Both the position numbers and the translations under genes were made by a program. A stretch of DNA of 64,000 bases from the human T2T-CHM13v2.0 reference genome, Homo sapiens: the NCBI RefSeq assembly GCF_009914755.1, contig NC_060927.1; one strand, written 5' to 3'. How positions within the stretch are numbered: position 1 is the stretch's first letter; every line of letters begins with the position of its first letter. Positions 40,001-54,725 of this stretch are shown here, in pieces. Under the pieces are notes generated by a model. The model was not told the DNA's origin. It did no database searches and worked only from the letters and a program-made list of their open reading frames with translations.

Positions 40001-43000
40001 CAAACTCTCTAGACTGAGCTCTTGAGGTTCAGGGATTATACATTCCTCATTGTGAATCCCCTACCCCTATGCAGCATAATTTCTAGTACAGAAGTCATTT
40101 CATTAAATGTTGAGTGAGTGAATGAGATCTACATGATTGGAGAAAACACTCAGAAATTTGATGTTGATTGGATGGTTGGTTTAACAGTTTGCTTTTCATT
40201 TTTCAATTTGGTCTTATGCAAAAGAGCCATACAGTTATAAAGCTTTTATAAAGATAAGAAAAAGATGCATTGTTATATATAATTAAAATGTACCCTTGTT
40301 AACTAACTTTATTAGTTAACGTATACAATAATTCAATCAATTTTTGTTCCTTATATGTTGCCATGTGTAAAGAAATTTCCCTTTAAAAGCTGTAATACAT
40401 TAAATTGTAGTTTACTGAATTTTGAATGCCCTTTTAAAAAAGAGAAACAACAGGGATAGTAGTAGTAGCTAGAAACGTAGTGTTATCCACAGAACTTCTA
40501 CTTCCTTGCTTGCCTTCTTTCTCTCTTTTGTTTTTTAATTGTTTTCAAATTAAAGCAACCATGTAAATTTTGAGCAGTATCAAAGCTCTGCTCTGGCTGA
40601 CTCTTCTGAAAAACCCACACATCTCTGCAAAATGATCATTACTACTGTAAGGACAGACTCAGCAGGATGTCTTCTTCTTTTCTTGTTCCTTTGACCTCTT
40701 TTCTTGCTTCTCTCCATCTTAAATACATTAATGTTATCAGATGCAAGAACATTGAAATCTTGTGGGCACATCTATCCAGACAGCATCATAAAAGGAGGGG
40801 TAACTTAGGTCTGCCTTTTTTTTTTTTTTTCTGAAATTAGTCACCACCCAGCTTAGTAGGCTGAAATGAGCAGGACAGACAAATCAGGCGGACAAACCTT
40901 CAGCGCTTTCCTCACCCAAACTCCTCAAATAGTGTGATTACAAAGTAATAACCCCAAAGGCAAAAGCTTCAATTACCCAGAGATGTTCAAGACCCCGGGC
41001 AATCTGTTCTTTAACTCGGCAGCATGGAATGCAGAAGTAAATCATCTTTGTGATACCCCAGAGCTAATAGGATAGAAGATGCAAACAGAGAAAGTGATCT
41101 AATTGGTAGGGGAGAAAGAGGCTGGGTGGATTTCAGTTTCTCCACCAGGAAGGTGGGTCATCGATGGAACATACTTTTAATTAAGGAAGTTTGAGAGGCT
41201 TCTTTATCACATGGGTAAACAATTTCTTAGAGTAATAGAGAGGTTGTCAATGATTCTTTTATGTTCAAAAAACCCTATATTGTGCTGTAGGTCAATGAGA
41301 AACTGTGGAAGGTGAGATCTGTTCAATACTCATGGCCTAAGGTCTGCAGAAATTTCCATAATATAAGGAAGGATCCTACAGGGACAAGAATGCTAAACTG
41401 CAGAGTTTTTTGTTTTTTTTTTTTTTTTTCTTCTGGCTATCTCAGCTTCTTTGGTCGTCTTCCATAAATATCCAGAACAACTGGGTTGTGAAACTGCCTT
41501 CTTTTAAACAAACCTGGGAATTAAAATTAAAACTTTGACCAATAAATCTGTCTTAATAAAAAAAAGTATCAACCCAAGCATGCATCAGACAGTAGGGGGA
41601 AAATTTGTGTGGATAGAATGAGATTTTAAAATGCAATTACAGAAGAGGCAGCTATTTATTTGATTATCTCCTATCTTGGAATCTTGGACTTGAGCTCTAT
41701 AAATGTCTGGTAAGGTATCTGGTTCTTTTATCCACTACCAGTATTTTTCTTTACCCTGTACTGATTTTTTATACCACTGTTGTTCCAAACCAGTTGTTGT
41801 TGGGGTTCTCATGGTCAAATGAATATCCCAAAAGGGATCACATTTTCATAGTTTTCTTTCAAACCGTGGTTTCAAATCCAAGTCTTTAGTCTTATGGGCC
41901 CATCAAAAAGAACATGTTGTTCTCAGTAAGTAAAGACAAAGGCACAAAATAGGACATTTCACCCAATTTAAAATCTGATCAAGGCCAACTCAAAAAAGAA
42001 TTCTAACATGAGAGCAACAGATTTTATGCGGCTAAGTTTGCTGCAGTATTGGGGGAAAGTACAGTACTGGGGGAAAAATATGTCTTCTTGCATTCATTCT
42101 TATCAGTGGTAATTCATTCTTTTCTCCAAGGAAGGCCAGGATGCTGGGTTACCTGTTTAGCTCAAAGGAAGGGCCTGACAGGCTTCGAAGTAGGTGTGAT
42201 TGGGAAGTTGAGGGTGTTGGAGGTCCTATTCCTGGCAATGCTGATTTGAGGGGGCATTTGTCTTTTTACAAAAATTCTGTGCAGTGCTTCATGCACTTGG
42301 GGACATCCATGCCTTTGAGTTTCAGAAACAGGTAGACCCCACCCCAACTACAAAAGTGGAAACTGCCATGTTTTTGCTTTCCAGCTTCTCTGGTGGAGAG
42401 GGCATGAACTTATGACATGGCCTGCAAAAATCAAACTCAACCACAGCGGACAGAATCAGAAGCCAAAGAAGCAGACACTATGTAGTCACTTTCTCAGGTG
42501 CTGATAGTACTTGATAGTTGCAGGTGACCAAGTTCCAGATGCTGCAGTGGCTGTGGCTTAAGCGGCATCATCTCACGCTTGGTGAATGTAGTGAGGGTTT
42601 TTCTCATCAGGCCTGCTTTTGGCATGATTGTGACTGCTTAGCCTGAAGTATCTTTCTCCAGCCCTCATTATAATCTGTGAAATAGCCAATATTCTTTTCA
42701 TACATGATGCTTCTCGGCTGAAATCAGCCAGAGTTCTGCTGCTTACAACTATGAGCACTGAAGTTCATAAATAAATATCAGCACTTCCTTTGCTCTAACT
42801 GCTATGTAGGGTATGGAAAATTTTTCATTTATATCCCCTAAGGGGATGTTGTTACTGAATGTTGACTGCTTTTCTTTAGTCTAAATTAATTAAATGACAC
42901 AGTATCTGTTGTAGAAAACAAAGATCATTTTACACAGTATACTGTGAATAGTGATTATAATGTGTGCTCTTTCCAGAGAAATAGAATGAAACAATGTGTT

Positions 43001-43369
43001 CATTCAGATAGCTCCTGTTGGAAATTGCAAGGCTGTCCTCTACATTGTAATCCATTTCTTCCTTAGCTCTAATGTAGCAAACTCCACAGTGATTTAATAA
43101 CAAAGTGACAGCAGTAAAATCCAGTGTAGGGATAAGAGATGGAAATAAAATAAGTGGGTAAATTTTGCTATATGGAAAACATGTGGAAGACACAAGCATT
43201 TCTCCATGAAAGATAGGAAAACAAGGAACCAAGCTGTTGTCTCTGATTTGTGCAACAAGAAAGACTGTTCTTGAGGTTTGGGTCTATTTTCTTGGGACCA
43301 TCCAGAAGCTAGAGACCAAGGATGCAGAGTGAACTTGTTTTTAAGGCAATCCCATGAACCGAGACTTTG

Positions 43370-43597
43370 CTTTTCTTTTCTTTCTTTTTTTTTTTTAATT
43401 ATACTTTAAGTTTTACGGTACATGTGCACAACGTGCAGGTTTGTTAGATATGAATACATGTGCCGTGTTGGTGTGCTGCACCCATTAACTCGTAATTTAA
43501 CATTAGGTATATCTCCTAATGCTATCCCTCCCCCCTCCCCCGACCCCACAACAGGCCCCAGTGTGTGATGTTCTCCTTCCTGTGTCCATGTGTTCTC
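43370..43597 (-). mobile_element. Short L1PA (L1PA4/5-like) 3' end
   Basis: ttatactttaagtttt...acatgtgcacaacgtgcagg...cctaatgctatccctcccccctcccc. Confidence 0.93.
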
Positions 43598-43777
43598 TAA
43601 AGCTGACCTGGCAGGAGAGGCTCTTCTTAAGGTTATCCAGTGGAACAGAAGCCTCCTGACCACTCTGCCATAGAGAGTACCTCCTCCCACCTCAGCATCA
43701 TCTGTATTTAACTCACTTTGTATGTGTGTTCAAATGCTATTCAGCATCTATTGGCTCCCTGACTGTGGCCCTGTTTC

Positions 43778-43877
43778 ATAAATAAATGCATATTAAGGGC
43801 AAATTTTGCCCTCAGTGAAGACAAAGAGTTGGCCCTTAATATGCAAAGTCAAAGGCCCTTAAAATGCATTTATTTAT
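43778..43877. repeat. Nested inverted repeats
   Basis: 43778-43800 vs 43855-43877 (22/23 reverse complement) and vs 43832-43845 (14/14); palindrome 43796-43812. Confidence 0.93.
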
Positions 43878-44244
43878 TAATAAATCAGAAGAGGTCATGG
43901 ATAGGTATTCAGATTGTTGCTGAATTTTTGAGAAAAGGACATAATGAAATAAATATCCCACCCACATGAAGGAGATTGGGATGTAGAGTCATGCAAAAGA
44001 AGAAGCCACCAGTGATGAGAATGCTGGGTGCATGGGCACAAATCCAGGCTCTGGGAGAAGGGGAAAGGACAGGGACTTTCTCCCTTTTCCAAGAAAAGGA
44101 AAAGCCAGGTTTTAGGCAGTTAGTTGTTAGTTACTTTGTGTGTTGTTTTGGTTTGCTCTCTCACATAAAGCACCCAAGCTGACAGTTCAAGTGCAGGATA
44201 TCGTTATTGTCATCAGCATTTTCCATCAAAGGGCGGGGCATCAA

Positions 44245-44435
44245 CGTTATTATACACTTACTGAGTGCCTATTAAGCTCAATGCACTTCAGATTATGATA
44301 ATTTATGTAATCCTCATGACTTCATACAGTTACATAAGAAAGTAGATAAGAAAACTGAGGCCCAAAATGTCAACCGATGCCTGACAGCTCATGGCTAGTA
44401 GGTAGCAGTGAAGGGATCCAAGTCCTAGTCCTTTG
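44245..44435 (-). mobile_element. MIR
   Basis: ttactgagtgccta...taatcctca...agataagaaaactgaggccc. Confidence 0.7.
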
Positions 44436-46510
44436 AAAACCATTCCTGAGGCTTTGTTCAATAACTCATCAAATTCCTCTTTGAATATAAAAATGAGTTA
44501 CATGAAAGAGTGATGAGAGCTTTTATTCACATATATGTTGGTAATACACTTCCCATACTGGAATACCCAGACTTTAATGCCTGGGAAATGTGTAACACAC
44601 TAGGCAACTCAAAATGGAAGAGGGTAAATTGAGCTACTTAAGTGTGAAAGTCCCAGGGGTGGATTTAGTTCTCTTCTCTTTTCCCAGGACAAGTTCATCC
44701 TCCAAGAAAGTAATGAATGCCTCTTTCATGGCTTCATCCTAACCTAGATGATTCCTGAATGACCATCTCCAGGCCTACTCCTGTGTTCCCTGGATTTTGC
44801 TCCAGCTAGTGCCATGGGCACAGCTTCCCTAGGGAGAAAGCACTGAATGGTTTTACCGCAGAACTGGATCCCACCCTGGACATACACACCCCCACCTCCA
44901 CCCAGATGCTTTCAGGGGGTTCATCATTTTGGTTTTACCTGCACCCACATTTTGGAAGCTGCTGATAACTTTTAACACTATTCTAAAAGACAATTGAGTT
45001 TCCCTGTACTCAGCTTGGCCTGAAATACAGAAAACAGCAAAATGAGTTCTAAGCAGGTTGTAGCAATAGTTATCCAGGTAGTAGCTGAGAAGCCCAGTTG
45101 GAAAACTATTTGGGTCAATTTTCTCTGTGTGTGTAATAACTTAGTTAATCCTGAAACCTAAAAGAACAGAAACATTGTTTATTATTTATTCAAAAGTGGT
45201 TATGCACTAGGAAGTTTACATGAACTATCTTGTTTGAGCCTCATAATGTTTCTGGGTTATTATGGTGTTATTATTACACCCATATTTATGGATGAAGAAA
45301 ATCAGACTCAGAAGAATTATGTGCTCAAGAGTACTGAGTGAGCGATGGTTTCAGGATTAGACCCAGATGTGGCCAGCATGGAGGCATGCATGCTCCTCCT
45401 CCTCCACGCCATGGCCATGGTCTACTTTATCTGTTCAACCAGAGATGAGCATGTGCATTTGCTTTTCAAAAGTCAATGTCGATATCTGCCAAGGATTTAT
45501 CACCTGAAATTTAATTATTAAACACATTCATCTTTTTCTACTTGACCTCATGTAGGCATGAGCTACACTTAATGTTGCTGTAGCAAATCTCTTCTCACTG
45601 AACTACCTGTTCCAAGACTCAAGCTCCAGCAGCTCTATGTAAGCGGGGAAGACTGAAGGACTGATATAGGACAGGTTACAGGATGTCTCAGCAGAGGGTC
45701 ACATTGAATAACGCTTTAACTGGTATTTCTACATTTGCACTGTAAACAGGGATTTGATTTGCCTTAACCTGGCTGATGTGGGGAAATTGGATGTTTCAAT
45801 TATGTAGACTGTCCAAATGTTTGAGTTAGGAGGTCAGGCTACAAGTGATTTTTAAAATAAACCAATAAGAGCCTTAAAAAAAATCCAAAAATGAAAAACA
45901 AAAAACTCCAGCAACATCTGCTTATAGAAGGAAAGCAAATACATTAAACTTTCTGAGCTCTTTTTTTTTCTTTGGAAATGAGAAAACAATAAAACTGATA
46001 TCCACATCTCTGAGTTATGTTTGGAGGGATTGCTAGTACAACCCTAAGCAATTTAATGAAGTGCAAAACTTGCTGGAGACAGGTGATAAAATTGCAATAT
46101 GGATCTCTCACCTCCTCCCTCCCCAAACAAGTAAATGTGGTTACATTTAAGAAATCAAGAAGTATCTCTTAAGTAACATTAAAATCCTTTCCCTGCTTTC
46201 TTTTTGTGTTCCCTATACCCCATAACCAATTTTCTAAAATTCTAAACTTTATGCATATGGTAATAGTAATTATTCTAGGAAGCAGATACTCCTGATGTTG
46301 ACAAAAATCAACATGTAGTAATAAGGAAAACATACTAATTCATAAATACTATCAAATTTATTGGGTTTCCAGGGACTGTGATTACATGTTAAGTCCTATG
46401 TCAAAGTGTAACTAATCAATGTCCATTCCAACTTTTCCATTTATTCTCTCTTCCAAATCATTTTTTCTGTAATCTGTTCTCATTATTCAAGAACCCTTTC
46501 CAAAGATCTC

Positions 46511-46805
<295 letters not shown>

Positions 46806-47045
46806 AAAGATCTCAAGCATCCTTTTCTCCATTGTTCCACAAGGAGGTTTGTATGGGGTGGGGGGATGTATTAAAAGCAAAATATATGCCACATTTATTT
46901 GTCTCCAATCAATGAGAATAGGATATGTCTATATTTGAGCAAAGTACAAGCATTACATGTGCAGCTTATACACTTGTGCTATGTCCATATGGTCACATTT
47001 CTTTCTGTGTTTCATCTCTCTTCATTGCATTTATAAAATATTTCC

Positions 47046-47320
<275 letters not shown>

Positions 47321-47367
47321 TCCATAAAACAATGTGTCTATATTTTATGGTTTTATAATTGTAAATA

Positions 47368-47560
47368 CAGATGGTTTCCAATTTATAATAATTCAAGTTA
47401 TGATTTTTTCCATAGCATTCTGTATGCTCCTTGACTTATGATGCGACAATGTTTGGATTAAACCCATCATATGTTGAAAATATCCTAAGTCAAAAGTGCA
47501 TTTTTGACAGGATATTTTCAACTTCTGATGAAGTAGCCCTATCATAAGTTGAGGAGCATC
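47368..47560. mobile_element. MER47/Tigger5-type element
   Basis: atgctccttgacttatgatg...aaacccatcatatgttgaaaatatcctaagtc...taagttgaggagcatct. Confidence 0.78.
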
Positions 47561-47877
47561 TATAATGCACAAACAATGGTAACAATAACAGACATTTCCA
47601 AATGAGAAAAGAAAATCCCATAACACCACTAATAATTCTACTTCTCAATGTGCATATATAATATTTTACATAGCTATAATTCTCTTCTCAGATAAATGCT
47701 GCCAATTCATGTATTACCTAATATTAAGTGATGTGTTTTCAAACACAGTACGAGGCTGACCATAATCAAATTAACCTTTTCCATCTCAACCTTGACACTT
47801 TAAGAGACAATTATTTAATTATTCTCAAAAGGCTGCCATTGTTCAACAACTTTTGAGCTTCCCCTTGGTATGCTGCT

Positions 47878-48371
47878 TGTGATGGTTAATTTTATGTGTT
47901 AACTTGACTAGGCCATGGGGTGTTCAGATTAAACATTATTTCTGAGTGTGTTTATGAAAGTGTTTCTGGATGAGATTAGCACTTGAATCAGTGGACTCTG
48001 TAAAACAGATTGGCCTCCCCAGAGTGCGTGTGGTGGACGGGGGATGGGGGAGTGGAGGGGAGCATTATTCAATCTGTGGAGGGCCTAAACAGAATTAAAA
48101 GATGGAGGAAGGAAGAATTTGCTCCTTTTGTCTCATCACTTGTGCTGGAACATCTTCTCTCATCTCTTGCCTTTGGACTGGGATTTAAACCGTCAGCTCT
48201 CCAGGTCTCAGACCTTCGAACTTGGACTAAATTACATCACCAACTTTCCTGAATATCTAGCTTGCTTTGCAGACAGCAGATTGTGGTACTCAGCCTCTGT
48301 AATCACATAAGCCAGTTCCTCATTTTATGTCTCCTATTGGTTCTGTTTTCTGGAGAACTGTAACTAATATA
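47878..48371 (+). mobile_element. MLT2 (MLT2D-like) ERVL LTR
   Basis: tgtgatggttaattttatgtgttaacttgactagg...tcctattggttctgttttctggagaac. Confidence 0.9.
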
Positions 48372-49124
48372 CTACTTTTGAGCTTGCTGTTATGCTTTTG
48401 ATCCATTTCAAGTGTATCAGAATAAATCTTTGTATTCTGAGAGTGGGTTTGATATTTGGACTCTATCACATTCTGTATCAAGTCAAGTTTGATAAATAAT
48501 ATTAAAGTTGGCTAGAAAATCAAGCAAGAATAATAAACAATACACCTGATGAGTAACCTCTTGAGACACTGAGTTTCTTCTGTGACACATAGATTAGCTC
48601 CAAAGATCATTTCCAAGGAAAAGTTCAAAAGTGACTTGAGAAATAGCAGAATCAGTGTAGCAATGTTGGTCTCCCATACAACCACAAAAAAGGGCACAAT
48701 GCTTATTTGGAGATCGCAATCCGTGTGGGTGGTTTGTAAAAAGAGTTTCATTCATCCATAACTTGACATTCGCACCCACATGCTACTGACAGCCACCATG
48801 TGCTTGGCTCTGCTGCTCCAGCTGCTGTAGAGGCTCTGGGGTCTGAGGAGCTCATACCCCATAGTCCTCTCAACCCTGAGCTTCAAACATCTGCCATTTG
48901 AGAAGCCAGGCTTTTTCCCAGATTTGCTACATTCAGGAAGAGCATCCCAAAGAAGAGAATCTGATATTTTTTGCAACTCATTTTTAGTCTTGGAAAGCCT
49001 GTTCATTAAAATGCAAAAAACTTCCATGTGTGAGAATCCAAAGACCAGATCCCAGTCCTAGCCCTATACTAACTAGCCTTTGGAAATCATTTCTACTCTC
49101 TGGCTGCAGCTTCTGTGCTCATGA

Positions 49125-49312
49125 TTCTCTGTTGATCTTCCACCAGCTTTATACTCCTCCCTGCTCTGCCCTGCTCTGAACCCAGGAATCAATCTCTGTG
49201 GTGCCTTCCTTATTCTTTGGCTTCTACTTGGGTTTGGTGGAAGGGAGTCCTCCAACAGGAGATCAGAGGGTTTGAGGAAAGAGGTTGGGGAGATACCACC
49301 CCCTTACCTTTG

Positions 49313-49352
<40 letters not shown>

Positions 49353-49680
49353 CTCTCTCTCTCACACACACACATGCACGTGCACACACACACACACAAC
49401 ACACTCTTCCGTGGGGCTGTGGTGTGGCAGTGGCTGTATTCCTCTATGGCCTCCATGTCTGTTAGGTGACTCCTGCCCACAGCTTCAGCTCTTGCTGGAT
49501 TCTAGCTCCCTGTTTTGCTCCTTCAGCTGAGGCGTGGTAAGAGCTTTCCACCATGGCTGGTCCCAGAGAGCTTCAACATCCCTAACTCTTCGCAAATCTC
49601 AGTAAATAGTCCCTTCAAAAGACTCTATTTAATTAAACTTTTCAAATGTACCTTTTATTTCCTGAGGGGACCCCATCTGA
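49125..49680 (+). mobile_element. LTR16-like ERVL LTR containing a microsatellite
   Basis: tggcttctacttgggtttgg...caggagatcagaggg...gtaaatagtcccttc. Confidence 0.6.
49313..49403. repeat. (CA)n(TC)n(CA)n compound microsatellite
   Basis: Directly visible. Confidence 0.97.
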
Positions 49681-51413
49681 TGGGATTGTCTAATATGTAT
49701 AATAAAGGGTTCAGACAAGTTGAAGCATAAGGTACCTTTTGGCCCTACCATTCTTGGTATCTCTGACCACATTATGTTTGCTGACGGAAGAGGTAATTTT
49801 ATAACCACAGACTTGCTCAAAGCATAGTAACTTACTTTTCTTAGGAGGCTTTGGCTTTCAAGCCCATTATTTTTAAAGTCAACCTAAGATGACTTTAACA
49901 GTCAATAGTCATCATCCACTATAGAAAACTGCTTATTCAAAATGCTTGGCTTGGAGTTGGCAAATAGACCCCAAAGCTAGTCCTTTTTCTCTAGGTTTTA
50001 TTTAAGAACATCAGGATTTTTAAAAGCCTATAATTAATTAGGGCACCTTTTCTTTTGCCTGATTCATGAAGTCCACCTTGCCCCAGTCATGTCCCTGCTG
50101 ACCTGTCTGCAGGTTTGTCAGCCTGTCTCACTGGACCCTATCCATCTGGCCTATCTAATTGTAACGTCTGGGATGTAACTGGACACCAATGGCATTCTTC
50201 TTTTTGAGTAATCACATCAATGAGTTATATTAGCTGTCATATTAAAGTAGCTCTCTGCTAACCTCTGGTAATATGAGAACACAGTCCCCATTAGCTTTTC
50301 TTTCAGTTGGGTAACACCATATCCCTAATGTTTTTGCTTACTTAATCCAAACTGGGATAAAATGCAAGAGAAGAAACAGAAAAGTAAGGAGATTTGAGAG
50401 TGGTTCAATATTTTATTTTGTGTAGCATTTTTTCCCAAAATATAAAAACAAACATGTTAAAAGCAGAGGTCTTGTGAAACCTCAGAATGTTGACCTGCTG
50501 AAAGAGGGATTCTGCCTTTTCTTAGGAAGTGAGGAAAAATGATAAGGGCTTTGGGAACATCAAACTTTACTTGAAATAGCTGGGAGAGGGTGGTAAGATA
50601 TATAATCCTTCTGTCAATTTTTACCATCTTTGTCTTGTACCCAACGATATTAGACCAGAATTAAAATAAATATCAGCATCTTACTTAACTGCCATATTTT
50701 ATTACTCATCTAAGATGAAAAAGTAAATGGCTTCCAGTTTTTTCATCTTGGGACATGGGCTCAAAACGTTTTACCAAATGTAAAAGGAATGTTTACAAAA
50801 ATGCCTGGATTGCATTTTTTTCATATTTTAAATGAATCAAATATACTTTTTTCAATGTCTTGTGATGCCAATATCTTTCTCAATGAGTGTAATTTGAAAA
50901 TAAGAAACAACGATTTTATAAGCTGATGTCACCTGTCATAAATTCAAATTTTCAAATCTTGTTAAACTCAGACTCTTGCTGTTTGGCATTGTCATGGTCC
51001 CAACCATCTTTCTACACTTGCCCTGAAGGCAGGAAGATGGGAAACAGGAAAATCAAACTGAAAGCATAGAAAATCAAACTGAGAGCATAGTGAGAAGAAG
51101 TTCATCTCACTTTTCCCTTCAAGTTCCCTGAACAAGTGACGAGAGCTTGAGGGGATGACTTTTGTCTACAAAATTCAAGTTACCAGTCCTCTGTTTATAT
51201 GCACACCTACTTTTATTTCCTGTGTGATTCTAGCTGTGGAGGAAGGTTTTTAATTAACAGTTTTAAGGAAGAAAAACAAAAGTATTCACTGCAGTAAAAA
51301 TGCATCAAATCAAAAAGTCAAGTTACACGTTTTGGTAGTTCTTCTGTCCTTCATTTTTCTTTTCTTCTTCATTTCTTCTTTCCTTCCTTACTTCTTCTTT
51401 TGTTTCTTCCTTC

Positions 51414-52045
51414 TGTAGGGGCCAAGGGAAAACTTACCCCATCCCTGAAGTCTTACTGCAAACTGACAAAGGCAGATTAATAGAAGAAAAATGTATACAT
51501 ACAAATTTATTTTAACCTTCATGGCCCAGGGAAATAGCAGAAGTATGACCCAATAACCCGGTCAGGTACAGATGCTTATACACTCTTCTTCACAGGGAAG
51601 GGTAGATGGGGGAAATGTGGCAATCTGAGGGATAATAAGTGATTTTTAGGGGGAATCGAATGGGCCCAATGCTCAGACAATGGCTAGTAAATAATTTTCT
51701 TTGGAAATTAGATGGGACCAATAGCAGACGATGGTTCAGGACAAAGTTTGTCTGGGATCCAAGTGTAATGTTTAATTTTCAATCTCTTCCTCTGTGATAT
51801 GAATTTTAATCTTCTCTGGTTAATGACACTTCAGGGAGGGGATTAAAGGCAATTGTGTTCCTCTTTGGCAACTCCACCTTCTAGGTTGATAAGGAAACTT
51901 CAGAGAATAGCTTCATCCTGTGCTTTGGAAGAAACAGAGGATTGAAAGACAGGAGGGCTGGGGGGAAGTCAGAGAGGCCTTAAGCTGCTTCATATGAAAG
52001 CACTATGCTTTGGGGTAACATTATAACATTTTCTGATCCCTGACC
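51414..52045 (-). mobile_element. ERV1 solo LTR, MER34/LTR29 group
   Basis: tgtaggggccaagggaaaactt...actgacaaaggcagattaatagaagaaaa...acaaatttatt. Confidence 0.75.
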
Positions 52046-52049
52046 CACC

Positions 52050-52117
52050 TTTCCTCCCTCCCTCCTTCCCTCCTTCTCTTCCTTCCTTCCTTCTTTCCTT
52101 CCTTCCTTCCTTTCTTC
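52050..52117. repeat. (CCTT)n polypyrimidine simple repeat
   Basis: Directly visible. Confidence 0.9.
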
Positions 52118-53207
52118 GTTACTTCCATTTTTATTCAGTGAAGTGGACAATGCCAGGACAATTAAAAACAATTGAACTGAATAAATAAGAACACCGGGAT
52201 AGAACTGGACTCCTTAAATACATATTAATTAGATACCAATCATGGCATCTGTGTATTATGCCCTATTTTGAATAATGGGAAAAGTGTGACTCTATGTTTG
52301 GCATGGGCCTGCTTATGTCCCATTAGTGTAAATACATAGATTGAATTTCCACTCTTTTAGCATACCATTTCTGCTGCTTTCAGAGCAGCTGCTGCTTCTA
52401 CCACTGCGACAGTTTGCTGTTACCACCTCTGCTCTGCCTTTCTTGGTAAAGTCAGTTTGGTAAATTGCCAACTCCAGAGATGATTTCTATAGTAATGGGA
52501 TGCCCAGGGCCATGGAATTACACACAGAATCATCAACTTGTGTCTAAATCGAACAACTGTGATAACTATAGTAAAATAAGGCTTTTATAATTAAATGCTT
52601 GAAAACGGAGCCAAGCAGAGAAAGGGAGAAGGCAGAAAAGCTCCCTCATGAATGAAATTCTAAACATATAATGTAGTTTTCTTAATTCCAGAAATCTATT
52701 TATTATAAACAAGATAAGAAATAATTCCCACTTTAGTCTTTTTCTATTTGAAAATATATTTCTAATCATGTGCTTGAAGACACTAAGCCCTGGTTTAAAC
52801 TCCTGGTTTAAACCTAAGTGAAGTTTAGTCCCATTGCAGATGCAGAACAGCACAATTTATCCCAATAAAATCCCTGCATTCTTGGCATCTAGGACTAGGA
52901 CTTGGCATCAGACTAGGAATTGGTCTGAAGCAGTTATCTGATCCAAGAAAATGGGAAATCCTCTAGAACCAATACTTTTCCAATTTCTTAAAAACATCCA
53001 GGATTTGAGATTTCATGACCTCCCTCAGTGATATATTTTATATCACATGATCCTGGGACACAATTCTTTTATTCTAGTTTAAAGAGAGATCTATTTCCTG
53101 TCCTTTGTTCCTTTGAGAAACAAAATACAATGCCTTTATCATACCAGACCTCATTTTCATTTTAAGGAGGTGGTCTGACTAGACGATCTGCAAACCCCTC
53201 TGACTCA

Positions 53208-53663
<456 letters not shown>

Positions 53664-53750
53664 CTAAATCCTGTTTTCTTGACCACGCAATTAAGTTTCC
53701 CTCAATTTCTTTTTCTATTTGACTAATTTTTTGTTAAAAATAACTAGGGA

Positions 53751-54725
53751 GAAGAAACTATCATCAGAGTGAATAGGCAACTTACAGAATGAGAGAACAT
53801 TTTTGCAATCTATCCATCTGACAAAGGGCCAATATCCAGAATCTACAAGGAACTTACACAAATTTACAAGAAAAAAACAACCCCATCAAAAAGTGGGCAA
53901 ATGATGTGAACTGACACTTCTCAAAAGAAGACATTTATGCGGCCAACACACATAAGAAAAAAAGCTCATCATCACTGGTCATTAGAGAAATGCAAATCAA
54001 AACCACAATGAGATACCATCCCATGCCAGTTAGAATGGTCATCATTAAAAAGTCAGGAAACAACAGATGCTGGAGAGCATGTGGAGAAATAGGAACACTT
54101 TTACACTGTTGGTGGGAGAGAAATTAGTTCAACCATTGTGGAAGACAGTGTGGCAATTCCTCAAGGATCTAGAACCAGAAATAGTATTTGATCCAGCAAC
54201 CCCATTACTAGGTATATACCCAAAGGATTATAAATCATTCTACTATAAAGACATATGCACACGTATGTTTACTGCAGCACTATTCACAGTAGCAAAGACT
54301 TGGAACCAACCCAAATGCCCATCAATGATAGACTGGATAAAGAAAATATGGCACATGTACACCATGGAATACTATGCAGCCATACAAAAGGATGAGTTCA
54401 CGTCCTTCGCAGGGACATGGATGAAGCTGGAAACCATCATTCTCAGCAAACTAACACAGGAACAGAAAGCCAGACACCGCATGTTCTCACTCATAAGTGG
54501 GAGCTGAACAATGAGAACACATGGACACAGGGAGGGGAACATCACACACCAGGGTCTGTAAGGGAGTGGGGGGCCAGGGGAGAGATAGCATTAGGAGAAA
54601 TACCTAATGTAGATGAAAGGTTGACGGGTGCAGCAAACCACCATGGCACGTGTATACCTATGTAACAAACCTGCATGTTCTGAACATGTATCCCAGAACT
54701 TAAAAGTATAATTTAAAAAAAAAAA
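53751..54725 (+). mobile_element. L1PA7/8-type 3' fragment
   Basis: ORF 54067-54507 ([17 protein letters not shown]...RMFSLISGS) is the L1 ORF2 C-terminus; A-tail; TSD aaaaataac(t/c)a(g/a)gga. Confidence 0.95.

Noticed and set aside
40298-40320. 9-bp inverted repeat gttaactaa/ttagttaac
   Set aside because: Short and AT-rich; plausible by chance
48030-48062. G-rich run in the MLT2 LTR as a G-quadruplex
   Set aside because: Only three runs of >=3 G; weak candidate
48792-48830. gccaccATG followed by MCLALLLQLL*
   Set aside because: 10 codons only, no promoter or splice support; expected by chance
54067-54507. 146-aa ORF (also 37049-37381, 37209-37658, 8536-8853)
   Set aside because: L1 ORF2 remnants or their antisense frames in truncated elements, not host genes
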